Positions 13,545 through 27,724 are shown, numbered from the stretch's first letter. The stretch is DNA of 64,000 bases from Callorhinchus milii (GCF_018977255.1 NW_024704742.1:23748001-23812000), one strand, 5' to 3'. Notes: a model not told the origin generated them from the sequence alone. Numbers and translations: made by a program.

Positions 13545-13890
13545 AACGCTCTTGCCTCAATCAGAAAGTTCTAGGTTCAAGCACCACAACCAAGTGTCTA
13601 CAGGCTGATGCTCCAATACAAAGCTCAGGGAGCACTGCATTGTCAGAGGTACTGCTTTTAGATGAGCTGTTAAGACGAGGTCCTGTCTACCTGTTCAGAT
13701 GGATATTAAAGATCTCCCACTACTTGAAGAGAGAATGGAGTTTACTTCATCCTGGCCAACAATCTTCTAGATAAATTGATCATTCGTATCATGACCATTT
13801 GTTGAGACTATGCTGTGCAGAAAATGGCGGCCATATTTGCCTACAATTGCACAGTCACTATATGGACAGCAGTGAGGTGCAATGAGAAAT
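13545..13890 (+). mobile_element. Deu-domain SINE
   Basis: gcactgcattgtcagaggtactgc...gatggatattaaagatc. Confidence 0.7.
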
Positions 13891-14652
13891 GGCATTCTAT
13901 GTGCTATATCAGATACCAGGATGATGTTACCACATAAAAACATTCCTAACGAACTTTTCATTTGAATGGAAGCACCCTTGCCTATAATATTGGCTTCCCT
14001 CACTCAAAACTCTTTGCATTTTATACTTAGAGAATTGTTGAAACATTCTCTTATTTCCAAGAGACAAACTTCTCTAAAACAAATACAAGCAGCAAAGTAT
14101 TTCATTTTTTCTAATTAGACTCATCAGCAGAGCTTGTTGCTGCCGTGGCTGCTAACTCTATAGCTGGATTATATAACAAACAGAATGTGAAACTGGAATC
14201 AATTAATTTGATTTTCTCCCCTCTGATCACAGCTTTATTAATAGCTGGTTAAATCAATTCGTTTTTTTAAAAGCAATTAGGCATTAGAGTTTAAGAGGAT
14301 TTATTTAATTGTCATTCTTTTATCTTCTTTGAATAATTGCAGAAGAAATATTTGTTCCCAGGCTCTCAAATGTTTCAATATTTGCTATTGAAAGAGCTCG
14401 TTCAGAAAATGTTAACCTTTCCTCTCACTCCACAGAGAGCAATCACTCTTCAAAACATATGCAACAAAGGGAGAAATACAGATAGACAGTCAAGAGATAT
14501 CGAGGGTCCATTTCTTCCTTAACCCGATGTCCATTACACTGCATTTTCCAGCAATGATCACTGGGAGACGATCATAAACTCTGGCTAATTTTCTCCTCCG
14601 AGGTTAGGAACACAATGGTCCGCACTGCTGCCTCAGCTGAGATCAGGTAATT

Positions 14653-14889
14653 CAGTGGTGGCCAACCTTCTCAGTCGGCCAACCAAATAAAAAATTCTTG
14701 ATTCATGGCTACACCATAAATAGATACATAGAAACAAGAGTTGGTTATTCAGCCCCTCAAACCTGTTGAGGGGTAATTGTTACTCAGTAGCTGCTGGAAA
14801 CAAAATATTGATTTAACAGATTTACCTAGGCTAGTGTGAGTGTTCAGTGGGCCACTTTTGGACCGTGAGCCATGGGTTGGCTACCTCTG
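14653..14889. mobile_element. hAT-like MITE
   Basis: TIRs cagtggtggccaacc / ggttggctacctctg. Flanking 8-mers aggtaatt / agctaact match at 6 of 8, consistent with an 8-bp TSD. Confidence 0.65.
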
Positions 14890-15652
14890 AGCTAACTCAT
14901 CACAGATGACAGTAACAACTTGCATTTCTATAGCACCCTTCATGTGGGGTAGCAATTAACAATGGCGTTGTTTGAAACCGAGCTGAGGGAAAGTCCTCAG
15001 GTGCGATCTGATAACAGCGAAAAAGGGGTAAAGCAGAGGGCAGAGTGTCTGAAAGCACAGCCATCGACAGAGGGGTCAATAATATAAAGAAAGCCCAAAC
15101 CAGCTGAGTGAAGTAGACGAGTAGAAGAGTACTACCTGCAGGCAAAGGGGCGAGAGAGGAGGTTTGGTCCCTGGCCTCTACCAAAGCCATTATGGACCAG
15201 GACCCATGGTCACCAGCCACCTTCCCTTCCCATTGCAGTCATCCACACATTTGACTTCTGGCTCAAGACTTTGGACTAGCAGTTAGCAGGATTAGGGCAT
15301 TTATTCTGGTTTAGGAAAAGTCAATGGAAAGGCAGCATCTGGACTTCAAATGCATGACCTGGTTTCATTGATTACCATATCAGGTGAGGTGGGGGGGCAG
15401 CAAAGAGAAAGTGAAGACACCACTTCTACACATTCAAGTCATTCCAATTCAACATTTAAAGGAATCTCTCTTCTAAAACAGCAAAATCAAACTGGCAGCT
15501 GAAGCAATAATAGACAATGATTGCAGTTTTTAAGATGACAAGCTGTTATATCTTGTCCAGAACAGCAGAAGCAGAAGACATTGCCTGTGATTGAAGGGGG
15601 GTAAATTCAAAACAACTCTGGAAACACTACTTCAGTGAGTGAGCGGTAAATT

Positions 15653-15968
15653 GGAGTCCTGTAGTTCAGTGGTTAGAGCCTTGCAAGCAAGAGACCTGGG
15701 TTTGATTCCCAGCAGGATGAAATTTTGGGCAAGTTTCCTTACTCCATAGTCCTGATAATAATCCCTCAAGATAAATAAATAATAATAATTTGGTCACTCA
15801 ACCCACAACTGTCTGTGGGATACTGCTGTACACAATTGGCTGCTGCGTTTCACCCACAAATGTAGAGTCACTACACTTTACAGTATATTCTGTGAAGCGC
15901 TTTGAGATGTCTAGAAGACGTGAGAAGCGCTACATCAAGTGCAAGGATTATTATTATTTTATTATTAT
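15653..15968 (+). mobile_element. tRNA-Ala-derived SINE (family B, short variant)
   Basis: ggagtcctgtagttcagtggttagagc head through (TAT)n tail. Confidence 0.85.
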
Positions 15969-15969
15969 G

Positions 15970-16325
15970 TATGGAACAGACTCCCTAGGGAGGCAATAGA
16001 AGCAGAAAGTGTTGATTCTTTAAATGCAAATTAGATTATTTATTTTATGAAATAATATTTTGAGCATATGAGCAGTTCAGGACATGACGTGCATGCAACT
16101 GCCAGGAAGGTGAACTGGATGGACTTTGGTCTTTTTTGGTCCAGCATTTCCTATGTTCCTATACTGTAATGCCTTCATCAAAAGGACATTCATGAAAGGA
16201 TCTTAGATATACACGTGAGGAAGAAGGGAATAGAAGAGTACGGGAGGGAGTAAGGAGTGGGTAGAGGTTTTTGTGTGGAGTAGAAACACTGGTACAGATT
16301 GGTTGGACTGTAAATTTATGTAAAT
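15970..16325 (+). mobile_element. CR1 3' fragments
   Basis: WNRLP-like ORF2 end (tggaacagactccct) and ttcctatgttcctat terminal repeat. Other CR1 ends near 920-972, 2565-2650, 16975-17065, 19120-19225 and 57790-57970. Confidence 0.6.
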
Positions 16326-17864
16326 CTTCCATTCAAAAAAATTTGAACCACTCCCTCGACAGAAGCCATAGCAGAAATGCTACTGCGTGTTCTAAAGACC
16401 CCACCAACTGCCTGAGGGGAATAAAAGGTTAAAAATATTCTACTGTCAGCCTGCTCACAATGCAAGCAGCACCACAAACAGGTTCACTTGAACAGGAATT
16501 ATCTGCAGAGTTTCCATGATGCACACATAGACTGCCAATCACAAGAAAAGCTTCTGACTCAACAAGAAGAAATGTCCGTCAAAAAAAATCAGGTGGAAGA
16601 AACCGAGATACAAGTGAGGAGATTTGCAAAGACGATAAAAATATTCAGCTCTGTGCAAGTTATGATTGGTCTGTGTTTGATTTTATTTCTGAAAATGTTG
16701 AGATTAATTTAAATTGGTTCACCTACACACAGTTACTACAATTCACAGTAAAATCCTGTGAAGGGCTTTGAGACATCAATGACAACGTGATAAGGTACTA
16801 TATCAAATACACAGAGTATTGGGAGGATTTTGGCGTGTTGGATAGAGTTGAGACAAGAGCAATAAGGCTTATTCCAAGATTCAGGGCTTCAGGTGATGAA
16901 CGATGCCTCAGAGAGCTTTTCATTGGTGAAAATGTTCTATGGAGAAAATGAAAGGCACACCTCATTTCAGATTTTAGGAACATAAGAACAGGAGAAGGCC
17001 ATTCGTCCTCTCGAGTCTGTTCCACCAAATCATGGCTGATCTGTACTTCAACTTCATTCACCCACCTTGATACACTTGGAATTTTAAAATCTGAGGTCAA
17101 TAGATTTTTTTTCCTGAGAGCCACAGATGAAAGGAGTTTATTTAACTTGAACCATGAATCCACAGCTAGAAACTGGTTTAAAATTGGCAAGCTTTAAATG
17201 AGACAAAAGATTAGTCATTTCGCCTTTCCTTCCCTTCTACATCCCCCCTCAAAAGTATCATTCCCTTGAGCGGGTGTCCCAACTCAAGTACCCAACCAAT
17301 GTTAAGCGCTCAGAGATGTCCTCGCAATTTGAAAGGCACTATATAAATCTACTGGAGTACTGGACATGTGGAAAAAACTTCTGACGAATGTGATTTATCC
17401 TGTCTTGATTAACTGCTTCATAAGAGAGCTTGGTGGTGACTTGACCAAGTTGTCATAAGTATCTGCGTTGATCCTAATTTCAGTTGGACTTTTCTCAGGC
17501 GCAATTGACAACAAGTGACAAATATTGTGGGCAGGAATGAAAATTGCATATGAACTGTAGGATGAAGACCATCTGGATTTAGTGAAACCTCTTTTCTCAA
17601 TCGCTGTGCTGATCCCATGGTCTAATGCGCTCCAGTGATGGAAGGAAAGAATAATCTTCCAGGCAGAACAAGAGAAAGAAGAGTTTTAGGATGATCACCA
17701 AAGAATGCAGAGGAGGCAAATATTAGTAACAATTTTTATTAAAATGTTGTAATCCCAACATTCATTAAGTATGGCACATGGCTAATTTTAACTTGGAAGA
17801 ATTCCAGCAGGTCTATGGAAAAGTCCCATCTTTCTCTGCACCACAAAATCTCATCTCAGTATTA

Positions 17865-18425
17865 GACATCAAGTCCTAGATGAGAGCTGACTTTCTCCAG
17901 TTGAACGTCAACAGGATCGAGTCCCTTCTGGTTGGCTCCGTTCAGTGCCTCCCTACCTCGGGCGCTAACAGCATCTCCCTCCATGGATGCAATCTACTCC
18001 TGGAGTCGATACAGAACCCCTGCATCCTGCTCAAGACCCAACTGCCCTTCATCCCCCACATCTGTTCAGACTTTCCCCACCTCTGCAATATTGCCCGGCT
18101 TCGTCAGTCTCTCTCCCCAGGCTACTGAGACCCTTATCCACGCATTCATCACATCCAAGCTCGACTACGCAAACTCCCTGCTTGTCGGCCTCCCCAACAC
18201 TTCCCTCCACGGGCGGCAGATTATCCAGAACCATGCAGCCCATGTCCTCTCCTGCACCAAGCTCCGCGACTATTACCCCTATCCTTGCCCAGCTCCATTG
18301 GCTCCCCATCATGGAGGATACAGTTCCAAGATCCTGGTCCTCACTTTCAAAGCCTTGCATGGTCTTGTTCCTCCTTATCTGTGATCTCCTAACCCCCTAT
18401 CAACCTGTCCGCTCCCTCCACTCCA
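17865..18425 (+). mobile_element. L2-A ORF2 fragment
   Basis: FLQLNVN...TETLIHAFITSKLDYANSLLVGLP, with frameshifts. Confidence 0.85.
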
Positions 18426-19394
18426 CAGAAAATTCCATCCAGACTTGATACACGTTTGTGAGCTTAGCCTGATTTAAGAATTTAACACAAATAGATTGTA
18501 GCACCTCAAGTTTTTTCACCCTCTCCCTCCCTCCCAGGAGATTCTGTCAATCCCACACAAGTTATACATCACAATATGCAGCAACACTCTTCCTATCCTT
18601 CGTGAATGGCGCTATGCAAATGCAAGTTATTGTTGTGTTCTAGACAGGCCCTGCTTATCTATTCAACATAGGTGGTGCACTACACTACAAGCCTCGACAT
18701 TCACTTTGGTGATCATTAAGACTGCTAGTCAAACTCTGTTGCACTCAGAAACAGGTTTTACTTCACATCATGGCTCAGTGACCTCCACAATGTAACATCC
18801 CAGGGGCACTGATCATTTCCCTTTCATTGTCCTGCGAGTCACTAACGGATACTGAAAGCCGATCGTCCAAGATCAGGCTACATGTGGGATCATATTATGT
18901 GCATCGCACACAGCAAATCAACAGGAACAAAGTGTAAGTGTTTCAGCACAGGAGCACTTTCACAGGACAGGCAGTCTTAAATGTGCAACTTTAAATGTAA
19001 TGCAGAACATCAAATGGATAAACTGAAACATTATTGGTGAATGGATTGAGAAAATAAACTCAGAACAATACTTCAACAAGAAGTATTGTCAAAGTATTAC
19101 TTCAACAATAATAAGCCCAGAATTTTGAAGGATCAGTTTAGGACAGACACCAGGAAGTCTTATTTACCCAGAGATTTGTCAACTGCTGGATCATATTACC
19201 AGGAAGGGTGGTTGAGTGCAGGAAGCTGGCTGGCCTCATTTAGAAACTTGTGCTGTTAAAAAAAACAATTCTGTAATGGAAAGACTTTCATTGGGCCAAT
19301 AAGATTAGATCCAATAATATTAATAATAATCCTGGCATTTGATATAGTGCCTTATCACATTCATGAACAAGTTCCACAATGACAAGACAATTCC

Positions 19395-20525
19395 CAACAA
19401 CAACGAGATTACACTTTCACGTCGGGAGGACATCCCAAGGCGCTGGACAATGTACAGCATTTCAATCCCGAGCTGGGGTCAGGGAGGGAGGAAGGGAGAA
19501 GGGAGGGGAAGTGACGGATGGCATGGTCGAAGAGAAGGGTTTTGAGGCAGGACTTGAAGGAGGCTAAGTAAGGAGGGGGCGAGACCGAGTGACTGGGGGA
19601 TGGAATTCCAGAGGTTGGAGGCAGAATGGCTGAAGGCTCTCCCGCCATTGGTGGGGTGGGTGGGTTGGGGGACATGGAGCAGGCCGGAGCCGGCTGAGCG
19701 GAGGGAGCGGGAGGGTTGGTAGGGTTTAGGAGGTTTAGGAGGTTGCAGAGGTAGAGTGGGGCGAGGCCATGGAGGGCTTTGTAGGTGAGGACCAGGATCT
19801 TGAACTGGATCCTCTGAAGGCTAGAGTCGGGCGAGAATGGGGGAGATGGGACACGGAGTTTGGTGAAGGAGACGACATGGGCTGCAGAGTTCTGGATTAT
19901 CTGCAGCCTGCGGAGGGAGGAGTTGGGAAGGCCGACAAGCAGGGCGTTTGCATAGTCGAGTCTGGATGCGATGAAGGCATGAACAAGAGTTCAGCCGCTT
20001 GAGGGGTGAGGTAGTGGCAGAGTCGAGCGAGTTTACGGAGGTGAGGGAAGGCAGAGCAGGTCATGGCTTGGATGTGGGGAAGAAATTACAGTTGAAGGTC
20101 AAACAAGACACCTAGGTTCCTGACTGGCGGTGAGTTGAAGTGTGCAACCATGGAGGTGATGCTGCCAGAGCCTGAGGTGCTGAGGCACTGGCGCGAACCA
20201 ATCTGGAGGGCCTCAGTCTTGTTCACATTCAACTGTAGGAAAGTTGCCCTCATCCAGGACTTGAGAGAGCCCTGATCACAGATATTCAGAATGTCATTAG
20301 TGACTGTGACCAGGGCTGTTTCCTTGCTGTGGGCAGTGTGGAAGCAGGATTGGAGCGGTTCAAAGACGGAATGGCGAGAAAGAAAGGAGCGGAGCTGGGA
20401 CACGACAACTCGTTTCCAAGACCTTGGAGAGGAATGGGAGGTTAGAGATGGGGCGGTAGCTGGAGAGGAGGGATGGGTCCAAGGAAGGTTTTTTCAGGAT
20501 GGGGGTGATGTCGGCTGTTTTTAGG
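19395..20525 (-). mobile_element. L2-A fragment with internal deletion of the RT core
   Basis: ITPILKKPSLDP...YRPISNLPFLSKVLE...DQGSL joined directly to KSWMRATFLQLN. 3' tail near 19395. Confidence 0.85.
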
Positions 20526-20899
20526 GGGGGTGGGAACTGGACGGGTGGACAAAGACCAACAACCAATAATACGTACATTTGATATAGCAATATCATATTC
20601 GCTATATCAAATGCAAGTATTATTATTGGTTGTCTCAAAGCGCTTTGAAGGATATACTATGCCTGTAGCCAATTTGTAACAAATACAAAGTCTACAGTCT
20701 TCGCCTACAGATAGTTACTACACTTTACAGTAAGCCTTGTGATGTTTCGATGAAACAATAATGAACTATATCAAATAAAATGCAAGGATTATCTCAGACG
20801 GATGATTAGATACATATTACCACATGAACAGGGATTTGACCATAGAGGAGGAAGTTCATGTGGCCAGACACCTGGCTCTCTGCTTATCTATCCTCTCAA

Positions 20900-21068
20900 T
20901 ATACTGATGTCTGTCTTTCAGACACACACGCACGCGCTAATTTTAGTCTCTCAGACACACACACACACACACAAATTTCAGTCTCTCAGACACACATGCT
21001 GATTTCAATCCATCCATGATCCTCTCTCGGACACACATGCTGACTTCAGTTGATTAGCCTCTGACACA
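20900..21068 (+). repeat. Degenerate minisatellite (tttcagtctctcagacacacatgctga-like)
   Basis: Four to five diverged units with CA-repeat expansion. Confidence 0.7.
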
Positions 21069-21751
21069 AACTTTTGATGGTGAAGGTGGAACTGTATCAA
21101 GAACAAATACAGTAAAAACAATCAACCTCAAGTGTAGATTGAGAGCACAGCCTGTGCTCCAGTGCACACCTGCACGTTTGACCCACATTCAGAGCGTAAA
21201 TCGTGAACATTTCTGATCTCTCTTCCTAATTCCCGAAGTTAAAAATAAACCAGTCAAGCACACGTTAACATGAGATACGTTTAGAGACCTCAATCCTCAG
21301 CAGACTACGAAAGACTTAAAATAAAATCACGTTTTCTTTCCCACCTTTGGTTAAGCTCCATGTTTCAACCAGACTCCGGTACCTTTAGCACTGCAGTGAG
21401 AAATAAAATCACAAGCCAGATGATCACAACAGTCTTAAAGCAGCTCTTGCTTTAAACAGCACTTCTCCTGTGTAACATGCTGAATTTCAGGAAGTCACAG
21501 GAGTGCCTTCAGTTTGTCGCACACTTCCATCCAGGAAGTTTCTATATCTGGAAGCCTGGAGGACTGTTGGACCGGCTCACAGTGAAGCAGGTGTTGAGCA
21601 GGGATAATAAAGAGGAGGAGGAACAGCAAAGGGAAAACAAGACCGATCTGTGTCAACAACAGCTCTATTCATACCGCAGAGAGGATTTTCTAACGCGTTC
21701 CACTGCCTTTTAGGGCTTCGCTGGCAGCTTCCAGAAATGCTGTGAACAGTC

Positions 21752-21840
21752 CTTTTATACTCACAACGACTTGGGACGTCAAGTTCCCCAACGCTTTCCG
21801 CACCAAGATAGGATTTCCAAAAGTTACTCATTGCGAAAGA
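21752..21840 (-). promoter_or_regulatory. Candidate internal TATA promoter in SH3D19 intron 1
   Basis: TATAAAAG on minus at 21759-21752. Upstream TGACGTC (CRE-like), TGAGTAA (AP-1-like) and TTTCGCAAT (C/EBP-like). Downstream donor AAG|gtaccg at 21383. Confidence 0.4.
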
Positions 21841-23884
21841 AACAGTGTATGACATTTCTCATGAATTCAGTAACAATTTTATCATCAAAACTACTGCAAC
21901 CACAACTTGCACTAACGTTACGCTTTTCATGTAGCACAAACTACAACAAACAACATCTGTATAGCAGCTTTCACGGCGGGAGGATTTCACAACATCTAGA
22001 AGCAATTTACAAAGATGAGATAATGTAGATTTTTTTGTGTGGGGGGGGAGAAGAGATGCTGGCAAACAGTCAAAAATTTAGATTTTAAAAAGGGATTTTC
22101 AAGCACAGGATGGAGGGATTTCAGGAGAGGGGCAGAGCGGAGGCACAGTGTCTGAAAGCTTGGCCACCAGGACATTTAGCAGTTTTCCCACCACCAGTGG
22201 GGGAGGAAGCCACTAAAATGATCTCTCTCTGATGTTTCAAACTTACACTTGTGCACAATTCCAAAAGCACATCTCACTCAAGTGACGGTTCTTGTGCTGT
22301 AATCTGAGACAGTTTACATCACCAGCCTCCCCATCCATCAGGGCTTCACAACCCCGCTCAAATTTCGTTCCCACCCAATATCCAGACGCAAAACATACTC
22401 TGTTACTAGATAGCAAACGGGAGCAGAAATTCAGGTTGATCTTCCCAATTGCTGCCCCAACCAAGATAGACTAACGTATGACAAACCAGCTATCTAACTT
22501 GTGACCTTCTGTGCCAGTTTGGCTGAGCGTCAGATCTAAATAATAATAATCCTTGCATTTGATATAGCACTTTTCACGGCTTCTAGACGTCTCGAAACCG
22601 CTTCACAGAATGGACTGTATGACTTTTGTAGCTTTATCTTCAAGTGCTCTCTTTTAGTTAGTCTTTTGTTCTGCAGTAATCATGTTTATTTTTAAGTGAA
22701 CTACAATCTCATCAAGGGGAGGAATCTAGATTCCCACGCCACGTCCTACACGACAGTCAAAAGGATTCACTAATCAAGTCTTAAGCGTAAATGATTCACT
22801 CCATATAGCAAATGGAGAGCAAGTCTTTCTTTCTGGTTCTCTCATTCCTCTTCCTTGGAAAGGCTGGAAGGTACTCCTGACTGAAATGGCCACATACTCA
22901 GGCAAAGCACTCCTTGGTAAATCACCTGGCATATCTGATAGAACTATGGTCTTGTTTGCAAATTAGACTGCGCTGCTGGCAGGCTACTCAGAGGATCTCA
23001 TGCACTACACTCACTATTTTGAACACCGGACCAGCCAGCCTGATATAATGGTGGGTTTCCCCTTCGCAGTACAATATTTATTAACTATTATAATATAGCA
23101 AAGCTTTGCACGGCTCAAGAGGGGACCACGAAGGATCGATTGAAGGATACAAGGGTAACTGTCCCAATGAGTATTGGGGGTTGTGGGGGGGATCAATTTT
23201 TGCTTGGACATGTTCTTTGGAAACACATTGAGAAGGAGCAAAGTGCACTCAGGTCATTTTTATCTCTGTCAAAGATAGCAGGGTCCCAATGCAGATTAAG
23301 CTTGTGGTATACAAGGTGCAAGACCAAACTGGTGCAAGTCTTGAGGTGGCTGGAATGTTCCTATATAAGTCCTTCGACCTCACTGAAGGCAGATGTCCAT
23401 CAAATAGCTAATAGGGAAACTAAAACTTGTAACGACAGCTGCTGGAATGCGTTACCGGGAGTCGAGGTTCGTGAACACACTCAGTCATGTATCCTGGGTT
23501 TGGAATCCACTTAGACTTTTATGTAGCGGTAAATAACTTCTGCTCAGGCTCACAGGGAGTACCTGATACCACTACCTGCCTAGTAAGAGCTGAAACGTGC
23601 CACTGTCGGATGTTAAATGACCAAGTAATTTCCAAAATCGAGTCAACTCTCTATGACAGTCTTGGAAATCTGGTTTCTGAGCAAACAGGGCCGCATTACT
23701 TCAGGACAAACAGTCTGGTTTCGATACTTGCAATTGCACATTATCAGGCACCAGGCTGACCAAAAAAAGCTTGCGATACCATTAATAGTAAGACTACAAT
23801 TATCACTCACTTACTCCCTTTCTATCTGAGACTCAATGTCTGGCCTCCGATTTGGATAATGTTCCTAGACAGCTACCAAAAACA

Positions 23885-24225
23885 CACAAACAACAACTTG
23901 CACTTATATAGCGCCCTTCACGCCCTCAGAGAGCTTAATATTAGCGGAGCTTGACTCCGAGCTGGGGGAGAGGGGAGGTGGCCATAAGCACAGTCGAAGA
24001 GGAAAGTTTTCAGGTGGGATTTGAAAGAGGGGAGAGAGAGGGCAAGGCAAAGGGATTGAGGGAGAGTGTTCCAGAGTTTTGGGGTGCAGTGCCTGAAAGC
24101 ACAACCTATGATAATGGGGTGGAGGGTGCGAGGGACGAGCAGGAAACCGGTGCCAGTTGAGCAGAGGCACCGAGTGGTGGATTGGGGAGTGAAGAGATCA
24201 GAGCGATAGGGAGGTGCCAGGGAAT
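23885..24225 (-). mobile_element. L2-B 3' fragment
   Basis: PKLWNTLPQSL...FKSHLKTFLFD. Tail aagtgcaagttgttg. Confidence 0.8.
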
Positions 24226-24824
24226 GAATGGATTTCATTTACACAGAGCAAAAAAAAACTTTCATCCACCTACAACTATTGGATTCAAATCACTTTGATA
24301 ATGAACACAGTTTTAAATAAACAGAATTGCTTCCTTACACTTCAGATACACAATGCGAAAAAAAGAACATTTATTTCACTTAACAAACCCTCCTTTATGA
24401 CTCGGGGCCTAAATGGAGATGAGGGATTAACATACAACTAACCTCTGACCTTTCCTTCTTCACTCACTGCGAGTCTTGGCATTGAGGAAATATTTGCTAG
24501 AGCTAAACAGTTACTTGCCAACATATCCAAGATCTTGCCAGGGACATTCTCTACTCAGCTTCCATCAGCTGCAAGAGACCAGCTGCAAACATCGTATTAT
24601 TGTTGAATGTACACAGCATCCCATTGCACAGAGATTCAGTCAAAGAGCATCTCCTATAGCAGTTTTATTCAGATTCTTCTGAGGAAAAGTGCACTAAAGC
24701 ATTCAAATAGTAGTAGGACTGGACATTATGCTGCATTGGTGATTGTGCAGGCCTTCAGACAAGATGTTAAAACGAGGTTCTGTTGATCTCTCTGTCCTCA
24801 GTGGACTTTAAATATCATATGACA

Positions 24825-25610
24825 GCTCAGGCACTGACAGCATCACCATCCATGGTTGCATACTCCACCTTACTAAGCCAGTCCGGAACCTTGGCGTCTT
24901 GTTTGACCCTCAACTATCCTTTCTACCCCACATCCATGCCATGACCCGCTCTGCCTTTCCCCACCTCCGCAACATCGCCCGGCTCCATCACTGGCTCACA
25001 TCTCAGGCCGCCAAAATCCTCAAACACATTCATAACATCCAGGCTTGACTATGCAAACTCCCTGCTTGTCGGTCTCTCCAACTCCTCCCTCCATAAGCTG
25101 CAGATCATCCAGAACTCTGCAGCCTATGTCCTCTCCCACACCAGGCTACGACGTGACCCTATCACCCTCACCCGACTCCACTGACTTCCCATCACACTGA
25201 GGATACAGTTCAAGATCCTGGTCCTCATCTTGAAACCCTCCATGTCCTTGCTCCCCTCTACCTCCGTGACCTCCTAAACCCCACCAACCTGCCCGCTCCC
25301 TCTGCTCGATGAGCTCCAGCTTGCTTCACGTCCCCCCGCCTCGCCTGCTCCACCATTGGCAGGCGAGGGCTCAGCCACTCTGCCCCCAAACTCTGGAACT
25401 CCGTCTCTCTGCCTTGTCCCCTCCCTTGCCTCCTTCAAAACCCATCTCAAGACCCTTCTTTTCGACCTTACCCTCAATCATCCTCCTTCCCCCACTGCCC
25501 TCCAGCCTCCCCGATCCCGACCTGCAGCTCCGGTCTGAAACATTGACTGACCAGTGCCTTGGGATGTCCTCCCGACATGTCCTCCTGCTACACAAATATA
25601 ATTTTGTTGT
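24825..25610 (+). mobile_element. L2-A 3' fragment
   Basis: Same sequence as other L2-A copies (RNLGVLFDPQL to FKTHLKTLLFD), with 3' tail. Confidence 0.85.
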
Positions 25611-26704
25611 TACCATTCAGAAAGAGAACAGTGCTGCTTCCAGTGCCCTGAGCAAGCATCTTGCAGATTACAACAGTCAGTCACCTCATAGCTTTGTGGG
25701 ATAATGCAACACGCAATACGGCTGCCACAATAACAAATTACTACACTTGATTGCAAAGTGTTCTGAGATTTTCCACAGACAAGGCACGCTCTCTCTCTCT
25801 CTCTATATATATATATATTAAAAAAGTGTCTTACAATGAAGGTTGATTGCTACAATACAATCAAGTGCTATCCATTCCATCTCACTGGAGTTTCACATCC
25901 TTGTCAACATTGAGCTGTGATGAGTTAAAACAATGTTGGCAATTCCCATGTTCAATGAAGCGTTGACTGATCTGTGCGTGTGTGGACGTCCCCACCCGAT
26001 TATCATAAAGGTCGGGTTAGCTTGGAGTGCAGCAGCAGGCTGTCAGTTTGACACCAAAAATAAAATCAGAATACTCTTTATTTAGCTAATTTGCACTCCA
26101 ACGTCAAGTTTCACAAGCCGGCAAGTCCAAACACATGCTGTAGGTCAGCTTCAGGCCCAATTATTGAGAGTCAGGCGGGTAGGCGAAACTTACCATTTGG
26201 TCATTCAATTTGGTCGCTCAATCCATGACCGTTTGTGGGACACTGCTGTGCGCAATTGGCTGCCGCATTCCATACACAAAATATACAGTCAATTCACTTT
26301 ACTATATATTCTATGAAATGCTTTGAGACGTCTCAACAACATGATAATGAGCTATAGCAAATGCAAGGAGTATTATTATTATTCATCCAGAGGCCAGTCG
26401 ATATCAGGGAATGGGGGAATTTAATGGGAGGAACCCATCCGGCTTACCTAATCCAGAAAATGATCAGGCACAGGTACCTACAATAAACTTTCATACCTCT
26501 GACTTTACACATTTGCCATAAGTCCATGACTTTTACTAAATTTTCAGTGACTGCTCCAGTGATTTTTTAATTTAAAAAAAATGCTGTAACAAATGTGCAG
26601 TATAAACTATGCCCCTACTCAATATGAGGGACACATACTCCAAATGAGACTGTAGTGGAGTTCTAAAAGAAAGTTCAAGCTTGAATTTGAAATCTTTTGA
26701 TAAA

Positions 26705-26945
26705 TACTTTCAGTCATTACGCCCCAAATTCTGGAACACTCTTCCTCGATCCCTTTGTCTTATCCCTTCCTTCCCCATCTTCAGGCTGCACCTGAAGACC
26801 TTCCTCTTTGACCATGCCTATGGTCACTTCCCCCCCCCCACCCCAGCTCGATGTCGTGCTGCGACACCATCAAGCGCTCTGGGACACTATCCTGAGTGAG
26901 TGGCGGTATACAAATACAGGTTGTTGTTGGAAGTTGTTGTTGTAA
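26705..26945 (+). mobile_element. L2-B 3' end
   Basis: PKFWNTLP...FRLHLKTFLFD, (TTG)n tail. Confidence 0.75.
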
Positions 26946-27724
26946 AATAATAATCCTTGCATGCATTTTAAAGTCTTTCACATCCGAAGGGCATCTCAAA
27001 GCAGGATTTATTGTAAGCATAGTGACTGCACATTTGTAGGCAAATGTGGCAGCTAACTTGCACACTGTGGGGGTGGGGAAAAATAAAATAAAAGCATTGA
27101 ACTTGATCTTTGGTACTCTGACCTATGCAAATCACAAGAAGTAGCATGCCTCAAAACCAGAATTTCCAAAGGTAGGAGAAATAACATGCTTTTTACTTAT
27201 TTAAAAAGAAAAGGGGGCTGGAGCGGACTGAGGTCTGCCATGGGTTAGCAAATTGCTCTTTGATCTCCTGGATCTGGATATTAATCAAAGCTTTTACTCT
27301 GCTAGAGCTGTATGAAATGAATCTGGCCCAGACTCCAGTGTTGTAAATTCATACAGTGGTGTAAACCCATAGCACGTCAGATTAATCCATCACCAAGGCT
27401 TCCCATTAAGCGTCACTCCAGCATGTGAACAGCTTAGGAGACCCACCACGCTAATACTAGGTTAACAATCCTTGCATTTGATATAGCGTCTTTCACGTTG
27501 GGAGGATGACTTCTTCTGAGGTTGGGGAAGACACGGTTGGCACAGGCGATTTAACTACCACCTTTACCTAACCCACAAAAACGTGGTGCAAATACTGGTA
27601 TACAGTGAAACATTTTCCTAGCAAAATGTACTTACATCACTCCCATTAACAAAGAAATTATAAGTCCATAAATTGTTTTTGTAGATCATTCAGTATTCAC
27701 TGTACCTATAAATAAAACAAGCCT

